DNA of 64,000 bases, taken from Vulcanimicrobiales bacterium. Its GTDB lineage: Bacteria; Vulcanimicrobiota; Vulcanimicrobiia; Vulcanimicrobiales; Vulcanimicrobiaceae. Under the pieces are notes generated by a model. The model had not been told where the DNA came from and did not search any database. It was given only the letters and a program-made list of their open reading frames with translations. This document shows positions 10,331 through 20,070 of this stretch, in pieces. Position 1 is the stretch's first letter. Each line of letters begins with the position of its first letter. The stretch spans positions 32,001 through 96,000 of the forward strand of contig JBBRLI010000004.1 in NCBI GenBank assembly GCA_038231455.1. Direction: 5' to 3'. The position numbers and the translations under genes were made by a program.

Positions 10331-11190
10331 TGGACGCCGCCTTCGCGCTTATCGTGCTCACCCTCATCAAAGCAACGCCGCTGATCTACGCATCGCTCGG
10401 CGGCGTGCTCTCCGAGCGCTCGGGCGTGGTGAATATCGGACTCGAAGGGATGCTCGTCGCGGGCGCGTTCTTCGGCGTCGTCGGCTCGTTTGCAAGCGGC
10501 AATGCGATCGTCGGCGCGATCTGCGGCGTGTTCGCCGCGATGGCGCTCGCGGCGATCTTCGCTTTCGTTGTGACGCGCTTTGCGGTCGACCAGATCGTGG
10601 CGGGGACCGGGATCAACATTGCGATGATCGGCGCGGCCGCCTACGGTCTGGTCATCGTATTCGGTCAGCCCGGTGCATCGCACGAAGTCCCCGCCCTCGG
10701 CGTCGCCGGGGAGCGCGTACTCATCGGCCTTGCAATCGCTCTTGCCGTGGCCTTGCAGTTCGCAATCGACCGCACCCCATGGGGTTTGCGCGTTCGGGCC
10801 TGTGGCGAAAATCCGAGCGCGGCGGCGGCGGCAGGGATCGATCCGCTGCGCACGCGCTTTGTTGCCGTCACGATCGGCGGCGCGATCGCGGGCCTCGGCG
10901 GCGTGTTTCTCTCGCTTGCCGAGCTCAATCTCTATAGCGACGGGATGACGGCAGGCCGCGGCTTTATCGCGCTCGCCGCAGTCATCTTCGGACGCTGGAA
11001 CCCGCTCGGGGCGCTCGGCGCATCACTCTTTTTCGGCTTCTTTGCGGCGCTGCAGTACACGCTTCAACGCTCGGGCGTGCCAAGCGAACTCATGCAAGCG
11101 TTGCCGTATCTGGCCGCCGTTATTGCACTTGCGGGCTTTGCCGGACGCGTGCGCGCACCGGCCGCTGACGGCATCCCGTACGCCAAATAG
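10330..11190 (+). CDS. ABC transporter permease (BPD_transp_2)
   Basis: SERSGVVNIGLEGM, GENP, GRGFIALAAVIFG, LPY. Confidence 0.9.
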   Translation: MDAAFALIVLTLIKATPLIYASLGGVLSERSGVVNIGLEGMLVAGAFFGVVGSFASGNAIVGAICGVFAAMALAAIFAFVVTRFAVDQIVAGTGINIAMIGAAAYGLVIVFGQPGASHEVPALGVAGERVLIGLAIALAVALQFAIDRTPWGLRVRACGENPSAAAAAGIDPLRTRFVAVTIGGAIAGLGGVFLSLAELNLYSDGMTAGRGFIALAAVIFGRWNPLGALGASLFFGFFAALQYTLQRSGVPSELMQALPYLAAVIALAGFAGRVRAPAADGIPYAK

Positions 11191-11261
11191 CCGACCGGGC
11201 TCCCTCGCTCTTCGATACGAGCAACTTGACTTTGGTCGCAGTCGAACCGATAGTACTTGTA

Positions 11262-12323
11262 ATGCGTTTTCCTCGCACGGCTCTAGCCTGTGCCGCGTTC
11301 TTCTTTGCACTCCACTCCACCAGCTATGCGGCGGCCCCCGGACCTCTCGGCGAACTGCAAACGCAGCTCTCGTCGCTCTCGATGCACGCGCCCGGCAATG
11401 TCGGGATCGTGATCAAAGACCTCACGACCGGCTTGACCTCCGGCGTGAACGCATCGGCCAATATGCCGGCGGCATCCATCATCAAAATTCCGGTGATGGT
11501 CGAAGTCTTCCGGCAGATGTCGCTCGGCACGGTCAGTCTGAATGACACCCTGCACCTGCAGCGCGGCGACCGCGATAATGGCTGGGGAGATCTTGCGGGC
11601 GCCCGCGCGGGCTCGGGTTACTCGGTCTCGAAACTCATGTGGCTGATGATCACGGAGAGCGACAACACGGCGACGAACATGCTGATCCGCCGCGTCGGCC
11701 GCGATCATATCAACACGACGATGCGCAAACTCGGCCTCGGACAGACGCGTCTTGGCGACTACATTCGCAGCGACGGCAACATTCGATCGCTGCGCTCCTC
11801 ACCGAACGACATGATGAAGCTGCTCGAAGCGATGGCGCAGGATCGTCTGGTCGATGAGTGGAGCTCGCGCGCGATGATCACGATTCTGACCGGTCAGCAC
11901 CACAACGGACTCTTGCCGCAGCCATTACCGGCCGGAATCCAAATCGCGCACAAGACCGGCACGCTTCACGACACGCTCAACGACGTTGGCATCGTGTATA
12001 TGAATAGCGAACCGTACATCATCGCCGTGATGACGACGCATCTTCCGTCGCTGGATTCGGGCCGCCGGTTCATCCGCAACGTGTCTTCGGCTGCGTTCCG
12101 GCAACTTTCGCGCTTTGCGACGTGGCGCGAAACGAACGACATCCCCACCCTCGCCAAGGTGCCGAGCTTTAGCTCGCCGGACGCAACGATGTGGCAAACA
12201 CCGACGGGCGTTCTTACGCCGGTCGACTCGTCGGCCTCCGCTGCAAGTCTGGAGGAACAGATGCCTCCACCCGCCCCCGCCCCGGTCGAATCGGCGAATC
12301 CGAGCGCCACACCCGCTCCCTAG
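11262..12323 (+). CDS. class A beta-lactamase-like serine hydrolase (PBP-A-like)
   Basis: Signal peptide; SxxK (ASIIK), SDN, KTG; Pro/Ala-rich C-terminal tail. Confidence 0.85.
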   Translation: MRFPRTALACAAFFFALHSTSYAAAPGPLGELQTQLSSLSMHAPGNVGIVIKDLTTGLTSGVNASANMPAASIIKIPVMVEVFRQMSLGTVSLNDTLHLQRGDRDNGWGDLAGARAGSGYSVSKLMWLMITESDNTATNMLIRRVGRDHINTTMRKLGLGQTRLGDYIRSDGNIRSLRSSPNDMMKLLEAMAQDRLVDEWSSRAMITILTGQHHNGLLPQPLPAGIQIAHKTGTLHDTLNDVGIVYMNSEPYIIAVMTTHLPSLDSGRRFIRNVSSAAFRQLSRFATWRETNDIPTLAKVPSFSSPDATMWQTPTGVLTPVDSSASAASLEEQMPPPAPAPVESANPSATPAP

Positions 12324-12396
12324 CGCCGCTAACAGGAACCTTACCTACGGGCGTTCCGGGTTGATCTGCTGACCCGACGTGCCGATAGACCAAAGA

Positions 12397-13158
12397 ATGG
12401 ACCACGTCGACTCGACCCTCGCCGATTTCTTGTTCTGGTCCTCGCCTGTTCCCGCGTGGATCGTCGATGCCGAGACCGATCTGTTTCTTGCGGTCAACGA
12501 TGCCGCGGTCGAAACGTACGGCTACACGCGTGCGGAATTTGCCGCGATGACGACCGCTGCGCTGTGCGTGCCGGACTCGGGCCAGTGGAAAAATATCACG
12601 CGCGATGGGCGCGTGCTCGTCGTTCAAGAAGTCATGTCCGACGATTTTCGCTTCGAGGGACGACGCGCGCGCGCCACCGTTTCGCTCGATATTTCCGAGC
12701 GGGTGCAACTGCTCGATGCGGTCGACACCACGCGCGCGATGCTCGCCGTCGCCGAACGCGTTGCCGCGATCGGCACGTGGAGCGCCGATCTGCGCGCGCG
12801 CACGGTCGAACCGTCCGCCGAATTCCGCCGACTCTTCGGACCGACCGCAAACGAAATCGACACGCACGCGCTTTTTCTCAATCGCCTCGACGACGATCAG
12901 CCCGAGGCCCGCGCAACGCTCTTACATGCCTATGAAACGCTTTCGCCGTTCGAGGTTGAGTGTCGCCTTCGCACGGCGGACGGCATTCGCTGGTATCGCA
13001 TCGGCCTCGAGTACGCATGCATCGAGGTTGCTTCGCGATTCATCGGAACGATTCGCGACGTAAGCGACCGATATGCCCAGGGCACATCCGGCGCGCGAGG
13101 TGCTACGCCGGCGCGTGCACGTTCCGACATATCATTCGATCGCTGCGCTTCCGACTAA
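12397..13158 (+). CDS. PAS-domain protein (truncated paralog of the next gene)
   Basis: FLAVNDAAVETYGYTRAEF PAS motif; aligns with 13271-14452 from MDHVDS/MEQLEP up to VSDRY. Confidence 0.8.
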   Translation: MDHVDSTLADFLFWSSPVPAWIVDAETDLFLAVNDAAVETYGYTRAEFAAMTTAALCVPDSGQWKNITRDGRVLVVQEVMSDDFRFEGRRARATVSLDISERVQLLDAVDTTRAMLAVAERVAAIGTWSADLRARTVEPSAEFRRLFGPTANEIDTHALFLNRLDDDQPEARATLLHAYETLSPFEVECRLRTADGIRWYRIGLEYACIEVASRFIGTIRDVSDRYAQGTSGARGATPARARSDISFDRCASD

Positions 13159-13236
13159 ACGACATGATGAAAACTGCCGGGGGCTTCCCCTGCTTCTCAG
13201 CGATGGGTGCCGTACGCTTGCGTCCGCTACGGCGCT

Positions 13237-13263
13237 TTAGACACTCCCCAGGATAGCCGATAC
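13237..13263 (+). promoter_or_regulatory. putative sigma-28 (FliA)-type promoter
   Basis: TTAG-N15-GCCGATAC, 7 nt before ATG 13271 (consensus TAAA-N15-GCCGATAA). Confidence 0.5.
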
Positions 13264-13270
13264 GGAAGAA

Positions 13271-14452
13271 ATGGAGCAACTCGAACCGGCCCTCTCCAAT
13301 TTCTTGTTTTGGTCTTCCCCCGTTCCGACGTGGATCGTGGATTCAGAATCGGATCTCTTTCTTGCTGTCAACGATGCCGCGATCGAAACGTACGGATATT
13401 CACACGCAGAATTCCACGCTATGACGACGTGCGCGCTTTGCATTCCGGATGGAACCGGTTCCTGGAAGAACATTACGCGCGATGGACGCGTCATCAGCGT
13501 CCACGAAGTGACCTCGAGCTACTTCTTTTATGAAGGTCGGCGTGCCCGCGCGACGATTTCGCTCGACATCTCCGAGCGCGTGCGGCTGCTCGCTACCGTC
13601 GATAACACGCGCGCCATGCTCGCTGCCGCGGAACGCGCCGGCGTGCTAGCAACGTGGAGCGCCGATCTGCGCGCGCGGACGGTCGAACCATCGGCTGAAT
13701 TTCGCCGGCTCTTCGGACCGAACGCAAACGAAATCGATTGCCACGCGCTCTTTCTGAATCGCCTGGACGATGGCCAACCCCTCGCGCGCACGACGCTGCT
13801 ACGCGCGTACGAGACGCTCTCGCCGTTCGATCTCGAATGTCGACTGCGAACCGTCGACGGCCTTCGCTGGTACCGCGTCGGACTCGAGTACGCGTCTTTG
13901 GAAAACGAGAATCGGTTTATCGGAACGATCCTCGATGTGAGCGATCGTTATTCCGCGATGGAACGGACGGAACGGGTTGCCTTTCTCGATGAATCGACCG
14001 GGTTTCCAAACCGTTCGTCGTTCTTGCTGCACCTCGATGCGGTCGCGCTTCCATTCGGTGCGGCAATCGCCATCGTCAAAATGTTCGTCGCCGACGAATC
14101 GACTACAGCGTACGATGCGGCGGTCGAACGATTGCGTGCGACGCTCATCGAGGGGACGTTCGTCGCGCGTTACTCGGAGCACAAACTGGTGTGTCTCTTC
14201 CCCACGCGTGATGGCGGGCGTGCGGCCGCGGACTGGGCGCGCTACGCCGTCTCTACGTTCGATGAACCCGTGATCGTCGGTACAATGCCGGTCGCGGTCC
14301 GCGCCATCTCCGCGATTGCGGCGACCGAGGATGACCATTGCCGCGGAAAAGCGCTCTTAGCGCTGGCGCGCGCTGCGCTTCGCGCTCAATCGCCGCGCGG
14401 TACTCCCACTATGCCGTCGCGTGTACGTTCCGATTCGCGTACGTCGGGGTAA
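13271..14452 (+). CDS. PAS-PAS protein with degenerate GGDEF-like domain
   Basis: PAS motif; DESTGFPNR linker typical of GGDEF N-termini, but the active site reads ARYSEHKL rather than ARxGGDEF. Confidence 0.8.
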   Translation: MEQLEPALSNFLFWSSPVPTWIVDSESDLFLAVNDAAIETYGYSHAEFHAMTTCALCIPDGTGSWKNITRDGRVISVHEVTSSYFFYEGRRARATISLDISERVRLLATVDNTRAMLAAAERAGVLATWSADLRARTVEPSAEFRRLFGPNANEIDCHALFLNRLDDGQPLARTTLLRAYETLSPFDLECRLRTVDGLRWYRVGLEYASLENENRFIGTILDVSDRYSAMERTERVAFLDESTGFPNRSSFLLHLDAVALPFGAAIAIVKMFVADESTTAYDAAVERLRATLIEGTFVARYSEHKLVCLFPTRDGGRAAADWARYAVSTFDEPVIVGTMPVAVRAISAIAATEDDHCRGKALLALARAALRAQSPRGTPTMPSRVRSDSRTSG

Positions 14453-15359
14453 GCAGGTTCTTGTACTTCGACATCCGCCCGCGTACGAGATTATCGTAGG
14501 TCGCGACGAGCTTGGCCGCGACCGGGCCTTGCGTTGCATCGCCGACCGACCGGTGATCGACCGACTGAACCCACTGCACGCCCGCAGCGCTGCCCGTAAA
14601 GAGAATTTCATCCGCTCCGTAAAGTTCGCTGCGATCGATCGCACGCTGCACGACCGGCAGACCCAGCTCGTTTGCAGCAAGATCTAAAATCGTCTGGCGT
14701 GTGATGCCTTCAAGAATGTTCTGCGAGGCATCGGGCGTGAACACGACGCCGTTCTTCACAAGGATGATGTTCTCGGCGGAACCCTCAGCGACGTGTCCGT
14801 CGGAACTGAGCATGATCGCCTCATCAAAACCGTTGAGCTGCGCTTCACTCTTGGCAAGTGCACTATTGACGTAGACGCCCGTAATCTTGGCGCGGGCGGG
14901 GGCCATCGTATCGTCCATCCGGCGCCACGAACTCACGCCCGCCTTGAGGCCGACGCTCGAATCGAAATAGCGGTCGAACGGGATCGCGATGATCGCAAAG
15001 GCATCTTTGACGTTGTGCAAACGGACGCCGACATCTTCGTTCGCCTTATAAGCGACCGGACGGATGTAGATGTCTTGCTTGAAGCCGTTGCGCGCGACGA
15101 TCTCGGCGGTGATTTCGCAGAGCGTCTTCGTGTCGTGCGGTAATTTCATCATCAGGAGCTTGGCGGAATTGGCAAGCCGCACGAAGTGATCTTCGAGCTG
15201 CAAGAGATAGAGTTCGTCGTCCGCGGCGTTCCAGAATCCGCGCACGCCCTCAAAACACCCGGTGCCATACTGCAGGCCATGCGTGAGCAAACCGACCTTG
15301 GCTTCGTCGTAGCGCGAGTAGCGACCGTCGGCATAGACGGTGAGGGCTCCTAATTCCAT
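14409..15359 (-). CDS. ilvE: branched-chain amino acid aminotransferase
   Basis: LTHGLQYGTGCFEG, AKITGVY, EGSAEN, ILEGITR, FTGSAA; GGAGA SD before ATG 15359. Confidence 0.92.
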   Translation of the reverse strand: MELGALTVYADGRYSRYDEAKVGLLTHGLQYGTGCFEGVRGFWNAADDELYLLQLEDHFVRLANSAKLLMMKLPHDTKTLCEITAEIVARNGFKQDIYIRPVAYKANEDVGVRLHNVKDAFAIIAIPFDRYFDSSVGLKAGVSSWRRMDDTMAPARAKITGVYVNSALAKSEAQLNGFDEAIMLSSDGHVAEGSAENIILVKNGVVFTPDASQNILEGITRQTILDLAANELGLPVVQRAIDRSELYGADEILFTGSAAGVQWVQSVDHRSVGDATQGPVAAKLVATYDNLVRGRMSKYKNLLTPTYANRNVHATA

Positions 15360-15435
15360 TGTTTCTCCGGTCGTTTGGGGGACGGGCCAGCTTCCCGTAG
15401 CATTCTGCGAGTCCTCCGGCGAACGTGCTGGCCCG

Positions 15436-16626
15436 ATGGCCGACGTTTTCGGAGTGTTTCTCCGCTTAGGTTTGACGTCGTTTGGGGGCCCGATCGCACA
15501 CCTCGGGTACTTCCGCGACGAATTTGTCACGCGCCGCAAGTGGTTTGACGAGGCGACGTTTGCCGCGATCGTCGCGTTTTGTTCGGTCTTACCCGGTCCG
15601 ACGAGTTCGCAAGTTGGGATGATCGTGGGCCTTCAGCGGGGCGGCGGCCTCGGGATGCTGCTGGCGTGGATCGGCTTCACGGCACCCTCGGCGATCCTGA
15701 TGGCGCTCTTTGCGATCGCCGTTCAAGCGGGCGGCGCCGCGCCACCGGTCTGGCTTGCCGGTTTACTTGCCGGCCTAACCGCCGCAGCCGCGGCCGTGAT
15801 CGCGCAGGCGGTTTTGGGCCTTGCGCGCTCGCTCTGTACGGGGCGCGCAACGCAGACGATTGCTCTGGGTGCGGCGATCGTTGCGATTGCAACGGCAGCG
15901 ATCCCCGGCTTGCAGTGGCTGCCGATTGCGCTTGGAACCGTGGGCGGCTACGCCCTCTTGCGGGCAAACGACGACACGATCCCGCCCGCACCGCTTGCGA
16001 TCCGCATTCGGCCCATGGTCGCGGCCCTCGCGATCGTGCTCTTCGTCGCGGGCGCCGTGTTCGTGAGCGTTGCAAGCGCGCGCAGCGCAAGTGCGACCCT
16101 GCTTGCTACGCTCTTTCGCGCGGGTTCGCTTGTCTTCGGCGGCGGCCACGTCGTGCTGCCACTCTTACAAGCCCTCGTCGGCGAAGGCTTAATCTCCGGG
16201 CGCGACTTCTTCGCCGGGTACGGCGCGGCGCAAGCGATCCCCGGACCGCTCACGACCTTCGCGGCATTCCTTGGCTACGACAATCTTTCACCGTTGCATG
16301 GCGCGTGGGGCGCGCTCGTTGCCACGATCGTCATCTTCATTCCCTCGGCGCTGCTCATCATCGGACTCATTCCGTTTTGGGAGCGCTTACGACAGCTGCC
16401 GGGCGCGGGGCGCGCGCTGCGGGGCGCCAACGCAAGTGTCGTCGGCCTGCTCGGTGCCGTGCTGTATTCACCGATCCTCACCTCACTTGCGGTGGCACCG
16501 ATGCGCGTGGGTGTTGCGCTCGTCGCCTTTGCGCTTCTGGCGGTGTGGAAGTTCCCGCCGTGGATTGCGGTTGGGGCCGCCGGCGTCCTCGGTATTATCG
16601 TTGCATTAAGCGGCGGGACGATCTAA
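15436..16626 (+). CDS. chrA: chromate efflux transporter (CHR family)
   Basis: FLRLGLTSFGGPIAH, LPGPTSSQ, VFGGGHVVLP, AQAIPGP. Confidence 0.9.
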   Translation: MADVFGVFLRLGLTSFGGPIAHLGYFRDEFVTRRKWFDEATFAAIVAFCSVLPGPTSSQVGMIVGLQRGGGLGMLLAWIGFTAPSAILMALFAIAVQAGGAAPPVWLAGLLAGLTAAAAAVIAQAVLGLARSLCTGRATQTIALGAAIVAIATAAIPGLQWLPIALGTVGGYALLRANDDTIPPAPLAIRIRPMVAALAIVLFVAGAVFVSVASARSASATLLATLFRAGSLVFGGGHVVLPLLQALVGEGLISGRDFFAGYGAAQAIPGPLTTFAAFLGYDNLSPLHGAWGALVATIVIFIPSALLIIGLIPFWERLRQLPGAGRALRGANASVVGLLGAVLYSPILTSLAVAPMRVGVALVAFALLAVWKFPPWIAVGAAGVLGIIVALSGGTI

Positions 16627-16650
16627 GCCCCAGCGACAACGTACGAGCAT

Positions 16651-16989
16651 ATGTTCGAGTGGATTGAAGGCTCGCGAACGTTCGATATTCTCTTCGGCCT
16701 CGTCACCGCCGGAGCGTGTCTATCTGTTGCTGCGCCGATGCTCTGGTGGTGGCTGCCCGCACATCGACGTTCGTTTTTCGGCACGCGTATCGACCCCACG
16801 TATCGCCTCCAACTCGCGTACGGATTATTCGGTATGGGAATGTTCGGAACGGACATCGGCTGCCGCTTCATCCCGCACGACGACCTCGCGTTCGTCCATC
16901 CGACGTACTTCACGATCACGCTGCTGCTCGTGTTCGCACTCGGCCCGCGGTTGATCGCGATGGGTGCGCGCACCCGGACCACCGCTTAG
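16651..16989 (+). CDS. small membrane hypothetical protein
   Basis: Three hydrophobic segments; fills the gap between co-oriented genes. Confidence 0.65.
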   Translation: MFEWIEGSRTFDILFGLVTAGACLSVAAPMLWWWLPAHRRSFFGTRIDPTYRLQLAYGLFGMGMFGTDIGCRFIPHDDLAFVHPTYFTITLLLVFALGPRLIAMGARTRTTA

Positions 16990-17011
16990 CTCTGGCGATT
17001 AGGACGCAACC

Positions 17012-19267
17012 ATGAAACGCACGGTCATCGGCGCGCTTGCGCTTTCTTGTGCACTTGGGGCCGCTGCTCTCGCGCAGCCCGGACTCATCGAACTCCCGAA
17101 CGCCTGGAAGATCGTGCGTCCGAGCGGCGCGGTCGCGGCGACCGGCACGATGCCCGAGGGAATTACGCTCTCGCAAGATGCGAAGCGGGCATTCATCGTC
17201 GAGGGCGGTTGGGGACCCAATGGTCTGCGCACGGTCGACCTCGGCACGATGCAAACGACATCGTTTGTCGAGATGAAGTCGGCGTTCGGGCGCGCGCTGC
17301 GCGATGCAAACGGCGATGGGATGTGGGTGGCCGGCGGTTCGACCGATGCGATCGCGCACATCAGCAGCGGTGCGATCGATAGGCAGATCAAACTCGATGC
17401 GGGTTCCTACGTCGTCGACATCACCCGGTCGCCTGATGGAAAACTCCTCGCGGTCGTCGGTGAGAGTGCGAACAAAATTGCGTTCATCGATGAAGCAGCC
17501 GGCACCGTCATCGCGCAAGTCGACGTTGGCCACCATCCGCGCGCGGCGCTCTTCTCGCAAGACGGCGCGACACTCTACGTTTCGAACTGGGGCCAGCGCA
17601 CCGTCGATCGCATCGATGTTGCGACGAAGAAAAATCTCGGGTCGATCGCTGTCGGCATGCATCCGGGTGCGATGGTGATGGATGGCACGATGCTCGATGT
17701 CGTCGTCGCCGATGACGACATGGTCGCCTCGATCGACACCAAGACCAATACCGTCGTCAAAACCGGCAGCGTCCACGGTCGCGGTGAAATCGGCTGGTCG
17801 CCGAACAATCTGCGCCTCGTCGGCGATTCGCTCTACGTCTCATGCGGCGCCGCGAATGCGGTCGTCGTCCTCGATGCAAAGACGCTCGCGCTTCGCACGA
17901 GCGTTCCTAGCGGCTGGTATCCGACGGATGCCGTCGAGACAGCCGATGCGCTGTATGTGCTCGACGGCAAAGGCGAGGGCGGTCACGCAAATCCCAAATA
18001 CAATACCAACAACCGCGCCGCGGGCGGCTATATTGCCGGAAATCTTGTGGGTTCGTTGCGAAAATTGCCGATTCCAGGCGCTGGCCCAACGCGAAGAATC
18101 GCGAGCGTCATGCGCGCGCAAGAGCCCGGTCCGATCGTCAACGCGCACGGTCCGATCAAACACATCATCTATGTAATCAAAGAGAACCGCACGTACGACC
18201 AAATCTTTGGCGACATCAAAGGCGCCGACGGCGATCCGTCGCTCGTCATGTTCGGAGGCAACGTCACGCCAAACGAACATGCAATCGTCGAGCGTTTCGG
18301 CATCTTCGATAACTTCATGGATAACGCGCACGTCAGCGCCGACGGGCACAACTGGTCGATGGCGGCATTTGCCAACGACTATCTCGAGAAGATGTGGCCG
18401 CCGAACTATTCGAATCGCCGGAAAGGCTACGACTTCGAAGACGGTGCGGAGCCGTCCGTGCCGCACGCCGGCTACCTCTGGGATCTTGCAACGCGTTCGC
18501 ACGTGACGTTCCGCAATTACGGCGAGTTCGTTACCGAGCCCGCGAAGAAAGGCGGCGACTACACGACGCAGATGCCGAATCTCGCAGCGTCGACCGACGC
18601 GAAATTCCCGACCTTCGACATGGCGATCAAAGACGTCGACCGCTTCGCTGAATGGAGGCGCGAATTCGCCGGGTACGTCGCGGCAAAGTCGCTGCCACAA
18701 CTGGAGATTCTTCGATTCCCGCGCGACCATACGAGCGGGACGCGCGTTGGCGCCGTTACACCCGCGGGGATGGTCGCCGACAACGACCGCGCGATGGGTC
18801 TGCTGGTGGATGCCGTCTCGCACTCACCGTACTGGCGCGACACGCTCATCGTCGCACTCGAGGACGACGCGCAGAACGGCGCCGATCACGTCGACGAACA
18901 GCGCTCGACGTTGTACCTTGCAAGCGCCTATGCGAGGACCGGCGTCCATCACGCGCACTATTCGACAGCGAGCGTCTTGCATACGATCGAACTCATCCTC
19001 GGCATGCCGCCGATGACGCCGTACGACGCGGCCGCGTTGCCGCTCGACGCGGCCTTCACCACGACGCCAAACTTCAAGCCGTTCACGGCCCTCGCGACGC
19101 GCATCGATACCGAAGCCACGAACACCAAAGCTGCTTACCGTGCCTCGGATAGCGCGAAGCTCGATCTCGCGCATGCAGATGCCGCCGATCCGGGTATCAT
19201 GAACGATATTCTCTGGCACAGCGCCCATCCGGGCGCAACGCCCCCTCCCTACGGAGTCTTTCGCTGA
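17012..19267 (+). CDS. secreted YVTN/YncE beta-propeller fused to a phosphoesterase (alkaline phosphatase superfamily) domain
   Basis: Signal peptide; LYVSN/VGHHP propeller repeats; IKENRTYD, SADGHNW, EDDAQNGADHVD. Confidence 0.88.
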   Translation: MKRTVIGALALSCALGAAALAQPGLIELPNAWKIVRPSGAVAATGTMPEGITLSQDAKRAFIVEGGWGPNGLRTVDLGTMQTTSFVEMKSAFGRALRDANGDGMWVAGGSTDAIAHISSGAIDRQIKLDAGSYVVDITRSPDGKLLAVVGESANKIAFIDEAAGTVIAQVDVGHHPRAALFSQDGATLYVSNWGQRTVDRIDVATKKNLGSIAVGMHPGAMVMDGTMLDVVVADDDMVASIDTKTNTVVKTGSVHGRGEIGWSPNNLRLVGDSLYVSCGAANAVVVLDAKTLALRTSVPSGWYPTDAVETADALYVLDGKGEGGHANPKYNTNNRAAGGYIAGNLVGSLRKLPIPGAGPTRRIASVMRAQEPGPIVNAHGPIKHIIYVIKENRTYDQIFGDIKGADGDPSLVMFGGNVTPNEHAIVERFGIFDNFMDNAHVSADGHNWSMAAFANDYLEKMWPPNYSNRRKGYDFEDGAEPSVPHAGYLWDLATRSHVTFRNYGEFVTEPAKKGGDYTTQMPNLAASTDAKFPTFDMAIKDVDRFAEWRREFAGYVAAKSLPQLEILRFPRDHTSGTRVGAVTPAGMVADNDRAMGLLVDAVSHSPYWRDTLIVALEDDAQNGADHVDEQRSTLYLASAYARTGVHHAHYSTASVLHTIELILGMPPMTPYDAAALPLDAAFTTTPNFKPFTALATRIDTEATNTKAAYRASDSAKLDLAHADAADPGIMNDILWHSAHPGATPPPYGVFR

Positions 19268-19983
19268 ACGCACTCACCCTGGCTGGGACGGCCTTCGTCG
19301 CCTCAGCCGTCGAAATGGTCGAAGCCCTCACCATCGTTCTTGCCGTCGGTTACGCACGATCGTGGCGGGTGTCGCTCGGCGGCGCCTTCGCAGCGTTTGC
19401 CGTTCTCACGATTCTCACCGTGCTCTTCGGGCCGCTCATCGGGAATCGCATCCCGATCGTCGCGATCCGGCTCGTCGCCGGCGCAGCGGCGCTCTACTTC
19501 GGTTTCAAATGGACGAAGAAAGCGATTCTTCGCGCATCGGGGCGCAAAGCACAGCGCGATGAAGCAGCGCTCTTCGAAGCCGAACTGACGGAGCTGCGCC
19601 GCGAGAAAGCCGACGACCGCGAAGCCTTCCTCACCTCGTTCAACGGCGTCTTCATCGAAGGGATCGAGGTCGTCGTGATCGTCGTCTCGCTTGGCGCGGC
19701 GACCGCCGGCGGCGTCTTGCCGGCAAGCCTCGGCGCACTCGTCGCGGCGATCGCTGTCTTAATCCTCGGCATCATCTTGCGCAAACCCGCTGCTGCCGTT
19801 CCCGAGAACGCCATGAAAATCGTTGTCGGCGTGATGCTGCTTTCGTTCGGCACGTTCTGGGTTGGCGAAGCCGCCGGAATCAAATGGCCGCTTGAAGATA
19901 CCAGCCTCTTCGGACTCGTCGCGCTCTACGCGGCCATCGTTTTCGGTTCGATTTCCGTACTCAAAGTGAAACCCGCGGTGTGA
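19264..19983 (+). CDS. COG4280-type membrane protein with two ExxE repeats; probable CTG start
   Basis: FVASAVEMVEALTIV and VFIEGIEVVVIV repeats; the first repeat starts upstream of ATG 19315; CTG 19264 overlaps the upstream TGA. Confidence 0.75.
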   Translation: MNALTLAGTAFVASAVEMVEALTIVLAVGYARSWRVSLGGAFAAFAVLTILTVLFGPLIGNRIPIVAIRLVAGAAALYFGFKWTKKAILRASGRKAQRDEAALFEAELTELRREKADDREAFLTSFNGVFIEGIEVVVIVVSLGAATAGGVLPASLGALVAAIAVLILGIILRKPAAAVPENAMKIVVGVMLLSFGTFWVGEAAGIKWPLEDTSLFGLVALYAAIVFGSISVLKVKPAV

Positions 19984-20070
19984 AGTTCTCTCGCATCGCT
20001 GGTGAGCTAAGACGACCTTAACCTTCCGGTGATACGCTCGGCGGCGCCCAGCGCATCCCGGAGGTTTATT

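Noticed and set aside
11226-11256. Sigma-70 promoter from TTGACT
   Set aside because: No TANNNT hexamer at a suitable spacing.
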